A stretch of 64,000 nucleotides of DNA from contig JBITAJ010000015.1 in assembly GCA_044440125.1 (NCBI GenBank), positions 32,001 to 96,000 on the forward strand, written 5' to 3'. Below are positions 9,484-18,411 of this stretch, in pieces (positions within the stretch are counted from its first letter, which is position 1; every line of letters starts with the position of its first letter). The stretch comes from Sedimentisphaeraceae bacterium JB056 (GTDB taxonomy: Bacteria > Planctomycetota > Phycisphaerae > Sedimentisphaerales > Sedimentisphaeraceae). A model generated the notes under the pieces. The model was not told the DNA's origin. It saw only the letters and a list, made by a program, of their open reading frames with translations, and searched no databases. The position numbers and the translations under genes are program-made.

Positions 9484-10791
9484 TCAGTCTATATATTTTT
9501 TGACTATGACAACATCATTTTGTCCACCGAAACCGAATGATTCGCTCATTGCGATATTTACTTCGGCCTTTCTCGGCTCGTTTGGTACGTAGTCGAGATC
9601 GAGTTCCGGGTCGGGGTCTTGATAGTTTGCCGTTGGCGGCAGTATATCATTCTCGATTGCCTTGACGCATGTTATAAGCTCGGCCGCTCCGGCTGAACCG
9701 ATGAGGTGGCCAAGCATACTCTTTACACTGCTGACTGCTACATCCTTGGCCTTATCGCCAAACACTGTCTTTATAGCCAGAGTTTCAATCGAGTCGTTTT
9801 CTTTTGTACTTGTTCCGTGGGCATTGATATAGTCGACATCTTCTGTAGTGATGCCGGCGTCCTTTAGTGCCGCTGTAATTGCCGCACATCCGCCGCGAGC
9901 CTCATCATGCATATCTGTAACGCGGAAGGCATCACTGCTGCTGCCGTAACCGATTACCTCTGCGAGAATCTTAGCACCGCGTTTGGTCGCCGATTCGAGC
10001 GATTCAAGTATCATGACCGCTGAGCCTTCGCCGATAACAAAACCATCACGTGAGCCGCTGAACGGTCTTGATGCGTGATGTATGTCATCGTTTCTCGTTG
10101 AAAGGGCGGTGAGACGGTTGAATCCCGTGATTCCCAGTGGATGAATCATTGAGTGAGAACCGCCGGCAATCATGATATCACTTCTGCCCTGACGGATCAT
10201 CATTGTCGCTTCGCCGATTGCCTGAGTACTTGCGGCACAAGCTGTAAGACAGCTTCTTACCGGACCTCTGGCTCCTGTGAGCATTGCGATATGTCCGGCG
10301 GGCATATTAGGTTCCTGCTCAATTTCACCAATGGCTTCCATTGATTCCATAGTTGCCTTGGCCCATTTTGCCCAGTCAACAGTGGAAGATTCCTTATCAT
10401 AGCTTTCTACTATCGCGTTGAAAAAGGTATTATGGTCTGTTGGGCCTTCGCCGCTTCCCATGTATATACCGATTTTCTTTCTGTCGATATTGTCTGCAGG
10501 GGCATCTGTTTCAATGTCAATCCCAGCCTGACGACATGCCTGAGCCGCAGCCGCTATCGCGAACCCTGTAGCTCTCAAGCCGTGTTTATGCTTTTCGGCA
10601 GTGCTTATATGTTCGGAAAGTTCAAAGTTCTTTACTTCCGCACAGAACTTCGTCGGAAATGTAGACGCATCGAAAACACTTATTTCATTGAATCCGTCTT
10701 TGCCGGTAAGTATGCCTTCCCAGACGGTATCAACGCTGCAACCCATCGGGCTTACGAGCCCCATACCTGTAATAACTACTCTATTCTGCAT
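9484..10791 (-). CDS. fabF: beta-ketoacyl-ACP synthase (FabF-like KS, catalytically intact)
   Basis: TACAAS (Cys), NAHGTST (His), KSMLGH (His), SFGFGGQN. Confidence 0.92.
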   Translation of the reverse strand: MQNRVVITGMGLVSPMGCSVDTVWEGILTGKDGFNEISVFDASTFPTKFCAEVKNFELSEHISTAEKHKHGLRATGFAIAAAAQACRQAGIDIETDAPADNIDRKKIGIYMGSGEGPTDHNTFFNAIVESYDKESSTVDWAKWAKATMESMEAIGEIEQEPNMPAGHIAMLTGARGPVRSCLTACAASTQAIGEATMMIRQGRSDIMIAGGSHSMIHPLGITGFNRLTALSTRNDDIHHASRPFSGSRDGFVIGEGSAVMILESLESATKRGAKILAEVIGYGSSSDAFRVTDMHDEARGGCAAITAALKDAGITTEDVDYINAHGTSTKENDSIETLAIKTVFGDKAKDVAVSSVKSMLGHLIGSAGAAELITCVKAIENDILPPTANYQDPDPELDLDYVPNEPRKAEVNIAMSESFGFGGQNDVVIVKKYID

Positions 10792-10792
10792 A

Positions 10793-12106
10793 TCAGTTGC
10801 CCTCCTTTTCGAGTATTATCGCTACACACTGACCGCCTGCGGTATAGCTGCAGCAAAGGGCATATTTGATCTCTTTGGTTACTGCTTTTTTCACAATATT
10901 CAGCTTGCAGCCTTCAAATTCCTGTTCGCAATTCTTTGCTGCCGGAATAAATCCTTCTTCCATAGCTTTTGATGCAATCACAAGATCGATAGATGCGGAG
11001 GCGGTACCTGTATGACCGATCATACTTTTTGTAGGCAGTACCGGGATATTGCTTACCGCATCTCCAAGAGCCGCGGTTATGGCTGCTGCCTCAGCCTTGT
11101 CGTCTTGTGCAATAGCAGTTCCATGAGGAATTATCAAATCAATCTGTTCGGCGGTTATACCGGCTTCTTCCATAGCCTTGGTGATAGCTATTTCCAAACC
11201 TTTGCCGTCAGCTTCAAGGTGAACGATGTCATCAGAGATGCTTATGCTTTCGCCCATACCTGCTATTTTTGCGTATATTTTTGCGTTTCTGCTTTTTGCC
11301 GCGTTTAATTCTTCGAGTACCAGCATGCCTGCGCCTTCGCTGAATATTGCACCTGAGGCATCATTTGCGAATGGGCGTGATGCGGCTTGCGGCATATCAT
11401 TTCCTTTAGTCGAAGCACGGCCGCTGAGTATTTGACGCATAAGAGCAATCGGTTCGACCTTACCCTCGCCGCTTCCTGCAAGTGCAGTATCGGCTGCATC
11501 TCTTTTGATTGTAAGGGCAGCTTCTATTACCGACATTGCTCCGGCACATTCACCGGTTGTGATGTTGTTGCCAGGGCCTTGTATGTCGTGTATGATACCG
11601 ATATGACAGGCAAGCATATTAGGCAGGTATTTCAGCAGCCAGAGGGGGGTAACCAGGCCCATGCCGTCAGTTCCCCATTTCTTCATGTCGAATTTGCCGT
11701 CTTCAATGCTGGCCGAAACAGCCGGAGCCATCTCTTCAATGTCGCATGTTACCAGACCGGCACCTATGTTTATTGTTGTGCGTTCAGGAACGAGCTTAGG
11801 CTCTGCTTCAACGTGCTTTGTGCCAAGGCCGCTGTTTCTGACTGCATCATCAGCCGCCATTACCGCCAGCTCTATATCACGACTCATTAATTTTGCCGCT
11901 TTGCGGTGGTGTTTGGGCAGGTAGGTTCTGATTTTGTATTCCGGAGCCTGACCGGCTATTTTGCATGGGAATTCCACCGGATCAAAGGCGGTTATTTCCG
12001 AAAGCCCGCATTTGCCCTCTTTGAGGCCTTCCCACATATCGGATGCCGTCAAGCCAAGCGGGCTTACCGCACCAATACCTGTTATTGCAACTTTACGTTG
12101 TTCCAT
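10793..12106 (-). CDS. ketosynthase paralog with catalytic Cys replaced by Glu (chain-length-factor/KSbeta-like)
   Basis: Start re-called at ATG 12106 (GGAG RBS; MEQRKVAITGIG). NITTGECAG aligns to SCLTACAAS with E at the Cys position; HGT and KSMIGH retained; degenerate SYTAGG C-terminus. Confidence 0.8.
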   Translation of the reverse strand: MEQRKVAITGIGAVSPLGLTASDMWEGLKEGKCGLSEITAFDPVEFPCKIAGQAPEYKIRTYLPKHHRKAAKLMSRDIELAVMAADDAVRNSGLGTKHVEAEPKLVPERTTINIGAGLVTCDIEEMAPAVSASIEDGKFDMKKWGTDGMGLVTPLWLLKYLPNMLACHIGIIHDIQGPGNNITTGECAGAMSVIEAALTIKRDAADTALAGSGEGKVEPIALMRQILSGRASTKGNDMPQAASRPFANDASGAIFSEGAGMLVLEELNAAKSRNAKIYAKIAGMGESISISDDIVHLEADGKGLEIAITKAMEEAGITAEQIDLIIPHGTAIAQDDKAEAAAITAALGDAVSNIPVLPTKSMIGHTGTASASIDLVIASKAMEEGFIPAAKNCEQEFEGCKLNIVKKAVTKEIKYALCCSYTAGGQCVAIILEKEGN

Positions 12107-12134
12107 CGGATCAATTTTCTCCGTTTTATTCTTA

Positions 12135-12617
12135 CTAATCTTTGTTCTTCTGGCTTGCAGCGTAATCTCTGAGAAGCCATTCAAACATTTCTGTGAATAC
12201 GAAGTTCTCTTCGGGGAACTGCTTGCCCGAGATGTTGTTGTCAAGATGGCTGAACATTAGGTTTATTTCCGCGATCAACTTGTCGCCGCAGTAAACCTTT
12301 CCTGATGTGCTGGCTGCTTCAGGTGCGATAGAGAGCATTTCAGCGTGGTGTTCTATTGTCTGGCCGGGACGCACATAATGATAAAACTGCGCCTTGTTGA
12401 CTTTTGCAAGTATCACCTTTTCCTTGAACCCGCGATGTTCGCCAACGAGTATTCCTGCAGTTTGTGCCATTCCCTCTATCATCAGGCATTCCGGCATTAC
12501 CGGAAACCCATAGAAATGATCGTGCAGATGTTCTTCCGCAAGAGATACATTCTTTATCGCCACAGCGTTCTTGCCACTGTTAAACTCTTTGAATTTGTCT
12601 ATCCATATCCATCGCAT
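12135..12617 (-). CDS. fabZ: FabZ/FabA-like hot-dog 3-hydroxyacyl-ACP dehydratase
   Basis: Start re-called at ATG 12617 (MRWIWIDK); KNVSLAEEHLHDHF, MPECLMIEGMAQ, VRPG. Confidence 0.8.
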   Translation of the reverse strand: MRWIWIDKFKEFNSGKNAVAIKNVSLAEEHLHDHFYGFPVMPECLMIEGMAQTAGILVGEHRGFKEKVILAKVNKAQFYHYVRPGQTIEHHAEMLSIAPEAASTSGKVYCGDKLIAEINLMFSHLDNNISGKQFPEENFVFTEMFEWLLRDYAASQKNKD

Positions 12618-12777
12618 GGTTATCTTGAAACCCTCAAATTTTAATATCGCGGTGATTGCTTTTGTAAATTTACGGGCGGTTTTAGGAGGCAATTCTTTTG
12701 CCTCGCACTCTCCAAACCTGGGTTTCAGGCCTGATTTTTCCGCCTAAAGACCGTTAATAACGGCTTTCCTATAAATG

Positions 12778-12815
12778 ACATCAGAAACTCTATCGTACGA
12801 CAGAGTTTCTGATGT
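12778..12815. terminator. intra-operon stem-loop downstream of the ACP gene (partial terminator or stabiliser)
   Basis: acatcagaaactct ... agagtttctgatgt 14-bp inverted repeat. Confidence 0.6.
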
Positions 12816-12845
12816 AACTATTACCATATAAGACAGACTGTAGAA

Positions 12846-13238
12846 TTAGCCGTTCACTTTACCTTCGATGAAGTTCACAATCGAATCAACAGTAAAGAGG
12901 TCTGGAAGCTTGTTAACGTCTGGATCAGCCTCGAAATCTGAAAAATCAGTATGAGGCATCTTAGATTTGAGCTCAGCAAGACCTGCTTCAGTTACCTTTC
13001 CATCAGCTACGAATTCGCTATTATTCATAACTGCTTCTGCAGGGAAAAGTTCTTCTCTTGGAATCTTGATATCGAACGCTTTTTCGAGGTTGAAAGTAAT
13101 ATCGAGGAAGTCGATACTTTCAGCTCCAAGATCACCCATAAGAGTTGCATCTGATGTTACTTCGTCATCATCAAGCCCAAGAGCGTCAACGAGTACTTCC
13201 TGTACTTTCTCGAAAATGTCATCACGACTCATTGCCAT
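12846..13238 (-). CDS. acpP: extended acyl carrier protein (130 aa)
   Basis: DLGAESIDFLDITFNLEKAFDIKIP phosphopantetheine motif; C-terminal TVDSIVNFI helix after a ~50-aa insertion; GGAG RBS. Confidence 0.88.
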   Translation of the reverse strand: MAMSRDDIFEKVQEVLVDALGLDDDEVTSDATLMGDLGAESIDFLDITFNLEKAFDIKIPREELFPAEAVMNNSEFVADGKVTEAGLAELKSKMPHTDFSDFEADPDVNKLPDLFTVDSIVNFIEGKVNG

Positions 13239-13280
13239 ACATATATCTCCAAAAATGAATTATCAAAATCTTCTAATTAT

Positions 13281-13748
13281 CTACTGTGTCAGCAGTTTCC
13301 ATCTGTGCTTTATATTACCAAGAACTTCCTGGTCGGCACTGGCAAGCTCCGCGTTGTCGTCTGCGAGGTTGAAGTGTCTGAGCGTTATCTTCGCTTCCAC
13401 TATAGCCTCGTCTCCGCAAACGCCGGTAGCCTTGAAGCTACTGCTGTTTTCATCTATTTTCTTCGCGACAACGTGGTATTTAATCTGCATACCCGGAGCC
13501 GCAAAGCTTTTATATTTAACGTTTCTGGCCGATTCAAGAAGCACCATGGAATTAGAGAAATCCTGTGATGCGCGGACAAGCCATGACGCACTTTCTATCA
13601 TACCCTGAAGCAGAAATACACCAGGCAATACCGGAAAAGCCGGAAAATGGTCGCCCAGATACTCTTCTGCCAGCGATACGCTTTTTACCGCAGTAAGTTC
13701 TTTGCCTTCCTGCAGATCTGTTATTTTATCAATTAATGCAAACTTCAT
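13281..13748 (-). CDS. FabZ-like hot-dog dehydratase subunit (catalytic Glu replaced by Gln)
   Basis: MKFALIDKI, KSVSLAEEYLGDHFPAFPVLPGVFLLQGM, NVKYKSFAAPG. Confidence 0.8.
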   Translation of the reverse strand: MKFALIDKITDLQEGKELTAVKSVSLAEEYLGDHFPAFPVLPGVFLLQGMIESASWLVRASQDFSNSMVLLESARNVKYKSFAAPGMQIKYHVVAKKIDENSSSFKATGVCGDEAIVEAKITLRHFNLADDNAELASADQEVLGNIKHRWKLLTQ

Positions 13749-14017
13749 AGACTGCGTAATTGTAAATATTCGGTCAATATTTTCCAGTTTTTTTTTCTTA
13801 TTTTTAATCTGATAATACAGTCGTTATTAATGTTTTGCGGTTTTTAGAGCGTAAGTTGTTCTTGGTTAATGACTTAGGTCTTTATGTGGCTTTGAGGCAA
13901 GTTGCGTTTATAATTTGTGTGAAGTATTTTGTATCTTTATAATTGACCCTTAACGGCAAAAATGGATAATTCGGGGTGGTAATAACAATATGTTTTTGAA
14001 TTTTAATGGTGTTATTT

Positions 14018-15127
14018 ATGAAAAAGATCAAATTAGGAATCATTGGTGCCGGCGTAATAAGCAACGTGCATTTCAAGAATGCTTCTGAGCTTGAAAATGT
14101 TGAGGTATCCGCTGTTTGTGATATTAATTCTGACCGTGCGGAAAAGGCCGCTTCGGAATATGGAGCGAAGGCATTCACTGATTATAAAGATATGTTTGCC
14201 AGCGGTGTTTGTGATTCCGTTCTGATTGCAACACCTCATTATCAGCATACGGAGGTTGGGATCGCTGCACTTGAAGCGGGATTACATGTTCTGGTTGAAA
14301 AACCGATATCGGTTCATAAGGCCGACTGCGAACGATTGATAAATGCCCATAAAGATAAATCGCTTGTTTTTGCCGCTATGTTCAATCAGCGGACAGACCC
14401 CAAATATAAAAAGATCAAGAGTATAATCGAATCCGGACAGCTTGGTGAGATGGTCAGGGTTAACTGGATCGTTACCGATTGGTTCAGGACTCATGCTTAT
14501 TATGGGTCGGGAAGCTGGAGGGCGACGTGGCATGGTGAGGGCGGCGGAGTGCTGCTGAATCAATGCCCGCATCAGCTCGATCTGCTGCAATGGCTTACCG
14601 GTATGCCTTCGAAAGTATGTGCATTTTGCCGGTTTGGAGCTAAGCATGATATTGAGGTTGAGGATGAGGTTACGGCTTATCTTGAGTATGCAAACGGGGC
14701 AAGCGGTGTCTTTATAACATCAACTGGTGAGGCTCCGGGAACCAACAGGCTTGAGATTTGCGGTGAGATGGGGAAAATCGTAGTTGAGAATGACAGCGTT
14801 AGATTCTATCGCAACGAGGTGGGTTCACTTGAGTTCAGCCGCAGCACTTCCGAGGGATTTGCCAAGCCTGAGATATGGGATATCAATATCCCCGTTTTGG
14901 GCAGCGGGGGCCAGCATCGTGAGATACTGGAAAATTTTGCAGAGGCAATCCTTGATGGTAAACCGCTCATTGCTCCGGCAGAGGAGGGTTTGCATTCGGT
15001 GGAACTTGCTAATGCGATGTTGTACTCTTCACTCAAGGGCACCGTTGTTGAACTGCCCCTTGACAGTAAGGATTTTGAAAAAGAACTGGATAAACTTATC
15101 AAACAGTCAAAGTTTTATAAAGGTTAA
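14018..15127 (+). CDS. Gfo/Idh/MocA family NAD(P)-dependent oxidoreductase
   Basis: GIIGAG Rossmann motif, ATPH, HVLVEKP, WRATW-GEGGGVLLNQCPHQLD. Start 14018 or 14006. Confidence 0.92.
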   Translation: MKKIKLGIIGAGVISNVHFKNASELENVEVSAVCDINSDRAEKAASEYGAKAFTDYKDMFASGVCDSVLIATPHYQHTEVGIAALEAGLHVLVEKPISVHKADCERLINAHKDKSLVFAAMFNQRTDPKYKKIKSIIESGQLGEMVRVNWIVTDWFRTHAYYGSGSWRATWHGEGGGVLLNQCPHQLDLLQWLTGMPSKVCAFCRFGAKHDIEVEDEVTAYLEYANGASGVFITSTGEAPGTNRLEICGEMGKIVVENDSVRFYRNEVGSLEFSRSTSEGFAKPEIWDINIPVLGSGGQHREILENFAEAILDGKPLIAPAEEGLHSVELANAMLYSSLKGTVVELPLDSKDFEKELDKLIKQSKFYKG

Positions 15128-15139
15128 TAGGAGAATATT

Positions 15140-15910
15140 ATGAAGATCAGTCAGCTTGGAGCTCAGCTTTTTACATTACGCGATTATCTTAAAACCCCTT
15201 CGCAGGTTGCCGATACATTGAAGAAGGTTCGCCAGATAGGTTATGAGGCTGTGCAGGTTTCTGGAATGTGTCAGATCGATGAGGCAGAGCTTTGCCGCAT
15301 GCTTGATGGAGAAGGGCTTGTCTGTGCGGCGACTCATGAACCAGCCGATATGATACTTGACCAGCCGGAAAAGGTGGCAGAACGGCTTGATAAGCTCGGG
15401 TGTAAGTATACGGCCTATCCATTCCCTGCCGGAATTGAATTCAAGACTAAAGAGGATGTTCTTGGACTGGCATCAAAGCTTGATGCGGCCGGCAAGGTGC
15501 TTTATGATGCGGGCAAAGTGCTTACATATCACAATCACAGTATTGAATTTCAGAGAATCGAAGATCATTTGATATTGGATATGATATATGACAATACGAA
15601 TATGAAGTATCTGCAGGGCGAGATAGATACTTACTGGGTGCAGCATGGCGGTGGTAACCCGATTATCTGGTGCGAGAAGCTCTGTGAGCGTCTGCCGCTG
15701 CTTCATATGAAGGATTACACCATAACTGAGCGAGATAAGCCGACTTATGTAGAGGTTGGTAGCGGTAATCTTGACTGGAAGCTTATTGTTGATGCGGCTG
15801 ATACTGCCGGATGCGAGTGGTATTTGGTGGAACAGGATGAATGCAGCGGGTGTCCGTTCGATGCTCTCAAAAAGAGCTTCGATTATATTAAGGCTAATTT
15901 GGTTGATTAA
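15140..15910 (+). CDS. sugar phosphate isomerase/epimerase (AP_endonuc_2/xylose isomerase-like TIM barrel)
   Basis: QLFTLRD, YHNHSIEF, EIDTYWV, HMKD, EVGSG, VEQD. Confidence 0.88.
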   Translation: MKISQLGAQLFTLRDYLKTPSQVADTLKKVRQIGYEAVQVSGMCQIDEAELCRMLDGEGLVCAATHEPADMILDQPEKVAERLDKLGCKYTAYPFPAGIEFKTKEDVLGLASKLDAAGKVLYDAGKVLTYHNHSIEFQRIEDHLILDMIYDNTNMKYLQGEIDTYWVQHGGGNPIIWCEKLCERLPLLHMKDYTITERDKPTYVEVGSGNLDWKLIVDAADTAGCEWYLVEQDECSGCPFDALKKSFDYIKANLVD

Positions 15911-16022
15911 AGTTCGTAGTTCGAAGTTCGTAGCGAGTAGAAATGTGGCAATGCCATTTGAAACTTCTATATTCTAACTACTTAATACTTGTGTTAAGAT
16001 AAGTTATTAAGGTATTGACAAT

Positions 16023-16886
16023 ATGTATTTTACAGGTTTTGCAGATGAAGCGGCTAAGGGGATTGACGGTCAGATAGCGGCAACCCTTGAACTTGGCTGG
16101 AAGTATATTGAGAGCCGTAATATTGACGGCAAAAATATACACGATATAAGTGATGAGGAATTCGATATTGTTTGCGGCAAGCTTGAAGATGCCGGGGTTG
16201 GTATCAATTGTTTTGGTTCGGCGATTGCCAACTGGGGCAAAAAGATAGATGAGCCATTCGATTCTTCGATTGCAGAGGCAAAAAGAGCGATTCCGAGGAT
16301 GCAGCGGCTTGGTGCAAAGCTTGTCAGGATAATGAGCTTTGCGGTGCTTGAAGACCGCGAACCGGACGATCAGATGGAACAGGAACGTTTTAGAAGAGTT
16401 CGTGAGCTGGTAAAGATGTTTGCTGATGCGGGTATAACCGCGGTTCATGAAAACTGCATGAACTATGGCGGAATGTCGTGGCAGCATACGTTGAAGCTGA
16501 TTGAGAATGTGCCGCGTTTGAGGCTTGTTTATGATACAGGTAATCCCGTTTTTACCCTCGACCGTTCAAAAGATAAGCCTTATCCGAGGCAGTCGAGCTG
16601 GGAATTTTATAAGAATGTTCGTGAGTTTATCAGCTATGTGCATGTGAAGGATGGCAAGTGGGATTCGGAGAATAATTCTACTATTTTTACTTATCCCGGC
16701 GAGGGGGATGGTGATGTTGTGCGCATATTGAAGGATTTATCGGCAACCGGATATGACGGCGGAATATCAATAGAGCCGCATCTTGCTGTAGTTCATCATG
16801 ATAAATCCGTGACTTCTGATGAACAAATAATGTACTCTAACTATATAGAGTATGGTAAAAGAGTAATGGAAATTATGAATAACTAA
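16023..16886 (+). CDS. second xylose isomerase-like TIM-barrel sugar isomerase/epimerase
   Basis: TGFADE, HENC, YDTGN, HVKD, PGEGDG, SIEPH. Confidence 0.85.
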   Translation: MYFTGFADEAAKGIDGQIAATLELGWKYIESRNIDGKNIHDISDEEFDIVCGKLEDAGVGINCFGSAIANWGKKIDEPFDSSIAEAKRAIPRMQRLGAKLVRIMSFAVLEDREPDDQMEQERFRRVRELVKMFADAGITAVHENCMNYGGMSWQHTLKLIENVPRLRLVYDTGNPVFTLDRSKDKPYPRQSSWEFYKNVREFISYVHVKDGKWDSENNSTIFTYPGEGDGDVVRILKDLSATGYDGGISIEPHLAVVHHDKSVTSDEQIMYSNYIEYGKRVMEIMNN

Positions 16887-16944
16887 TTTAGAAGCAGTTA
16901 GCGATTAGTCATTAGCTATTAGCTTAAATACGGCATTATGCAGC

Positions 16945-17685
16945 TTGATGAGTAAAGATAAAATTGTAAATTTTTTTAGAGTATTTACCCTGAGGCAGTG
17001 GGGAATTGCGTCTACTTCGATTGTTGCAGTTTGTTCGATTGCGGGCTTATTGCTGGCATATTTTGCTTATCAGTTTGGAGCTACTTGTTTTACTGATGAT
17101 AAGTATCAGCTACTTCTATCTGAAATATGGGTTGTAGTTGTTCTTTCACGCGGCTTGATTGTTTTGAGTCCTATTTTGTGCATCATCTTGGTCTTTTTTA
17201 AGACAAGAGTTGCTGCTATTAGGTTCATGTTTCTGTTGCCTGCGTTTTTTGTCGGTTTTCTTGCCTTGAATTGTATAGCCGAACCATTGCAGTTTCATTG
17301 CCTCAGAGGTTTTGTAAAGCAAGTGCCGCAGAGAGTTGATGTTGAATCAATACAGAGCTGGCTTGATAATACCGAATTAGAGCAAACAGACAGATATTTT
17401 AGCCATTATTCCAGAAATGAATTGCCTGAAGAATTCATGCCGTTAAATCCTCAATTTGTATCTGTTTACAGTGATGGGACTAAGCGTGCAGTTAGATTTT
17501 TCTATGGTAATCGAGCTACAGTAACTTCATTTGGTGTTATTATTACCGGGAAAGATACTTACGTTTCCGATGTAGCTGATGACGAAGATTTTAGATGGAA
17601 TGTTAAAGATATAAGTCAACATTGTTATATCTGGTCAGGGAAGGAACTGTCTCCGGCGTCTATTGAAGAACTGTCAGGTTTATAG
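16945..17685 (+). CDS. hypothetical membrane protein (about 3 TM plus soluble domain)
   Basis: 246-aa ORF, three hydrophobic segments in the N-terminal half. Confidence 0.65.
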   Translation: MMSKDKIVNFFRVFTLRQWGIASTSIVAVCSIAGLLLAYFAYQFGATCFTDDKYQLLLSEIWVVVVLSRGLIVLSPILCIILVFFKTRVAAIRFMFLLPAFFVGFLALNCIAEPLQFHCLRGFVKQVPQRVDVESIQSWLDNTELEQTDRYFSHYSRNELPEEFMPLNPQFVSVYSDGTKRAVRFFYGNRATVTSFGVIITGKDTYVSDVADDEDFRWNVKDISQHCYIWSGKELSPASIEELSGL

Positions 17686-17740
17686 CCTGAAACTTATAAA
17701 CTATTAACTTAATTTACTTAAAACTTAGAACTATAACAAA

Positions 17741-18388
17741 ATGAAATACAAAGCAGTTTTATTTGACCTTGACGGTACATTGATCAATACACTTGATGAT
17801 CTTACAGATGTGATGAATACTACTCTTGCGGAGTTCGGCGGTTCAGCGATGACCCCTCAGCAGTGCCGGCCGCTTTTAGGTGTTGGGCTTCGTTATTGGG
17901 TGGAAAATGCCTTGCCAGTGGATAAGCATGAATTTGTAGAACCCTTGATGACTAAATTCAGGGCGTTGTATAATGATAATTGTTTGAATAAGAGTGCTCC
18001 TTATGATGGCATTATGGAGCTGACTGACAAGCTTGCACAGCTTGGATTAAAGCAGGCGGTTGTTACCAATAAGAATGAGGATGTGTCTTTAGTAATGATA
18101 AAGAAGGTTTTCGGCGAGGAGAAGTTTCCGATAATCCGCGGGGCGGTTAATGGTGTTGGATGCAAGCCTGATCCGCAAATCGTGTTCGATGTGCTGGATG
18201 AGTTCGGCGTTAAGCCTGAAGAGACCCTTTTCGTAGGTGATGGCGAGGCGGATCTTGATGTGGCGAAGAATTCAGGAGCCACTTCCGTGTGGGTTAGCTG
18301 GGGATTCAGAAACCCGGACGAATTAGAAGGACGCAAACCTGACCATACAGTAAACCATCCGCTGGAAATAATCGATTTGATTAAGTAG
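17741..18388 (+). CDS. HAD family hydrolase (phosphoglycolate phosphatase-like)
   Basis: FDLDGTL, VVTNK, KPDP, FVGD, WGFR. Confidence 0.9.
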   Translation: MKYKAVLFDLDGTLINTLDDLTDVMNTTLAEFGGSAMTPQQCRPLLGVGLRYWVENALPVDKHEFVEPLMTKFRALYNDNCLNKSAPYDGIMELTDKLAQLGLKQAVVTNKNEDVSLVMIKKVFGEEKFPIIRGAVNGVGCKPDPQIVFDVLDEFGVKPEETLFVGDGEADLDVAKNSGATSVWVSWGFRNPDELEGRKPDHTVNHPLEIIDLIK

Positions 18389-18411
18389 TAATCATTCTCT
18401 GTTGCCGGTGG

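Noticed and set aside
12967..13608. 213-aa plus-strand ORF, and the many other 60-190 aa ORFs overlapping called genes
   Set aside because: Antisense or out-of-frame shadows of well-supported genes, with no motifs or RBS
15909..15985. Short repeats as a possible CRISPR array
   Set aside because: Units are about 7 nt with no unique spacers, and there are no cas genes in the window
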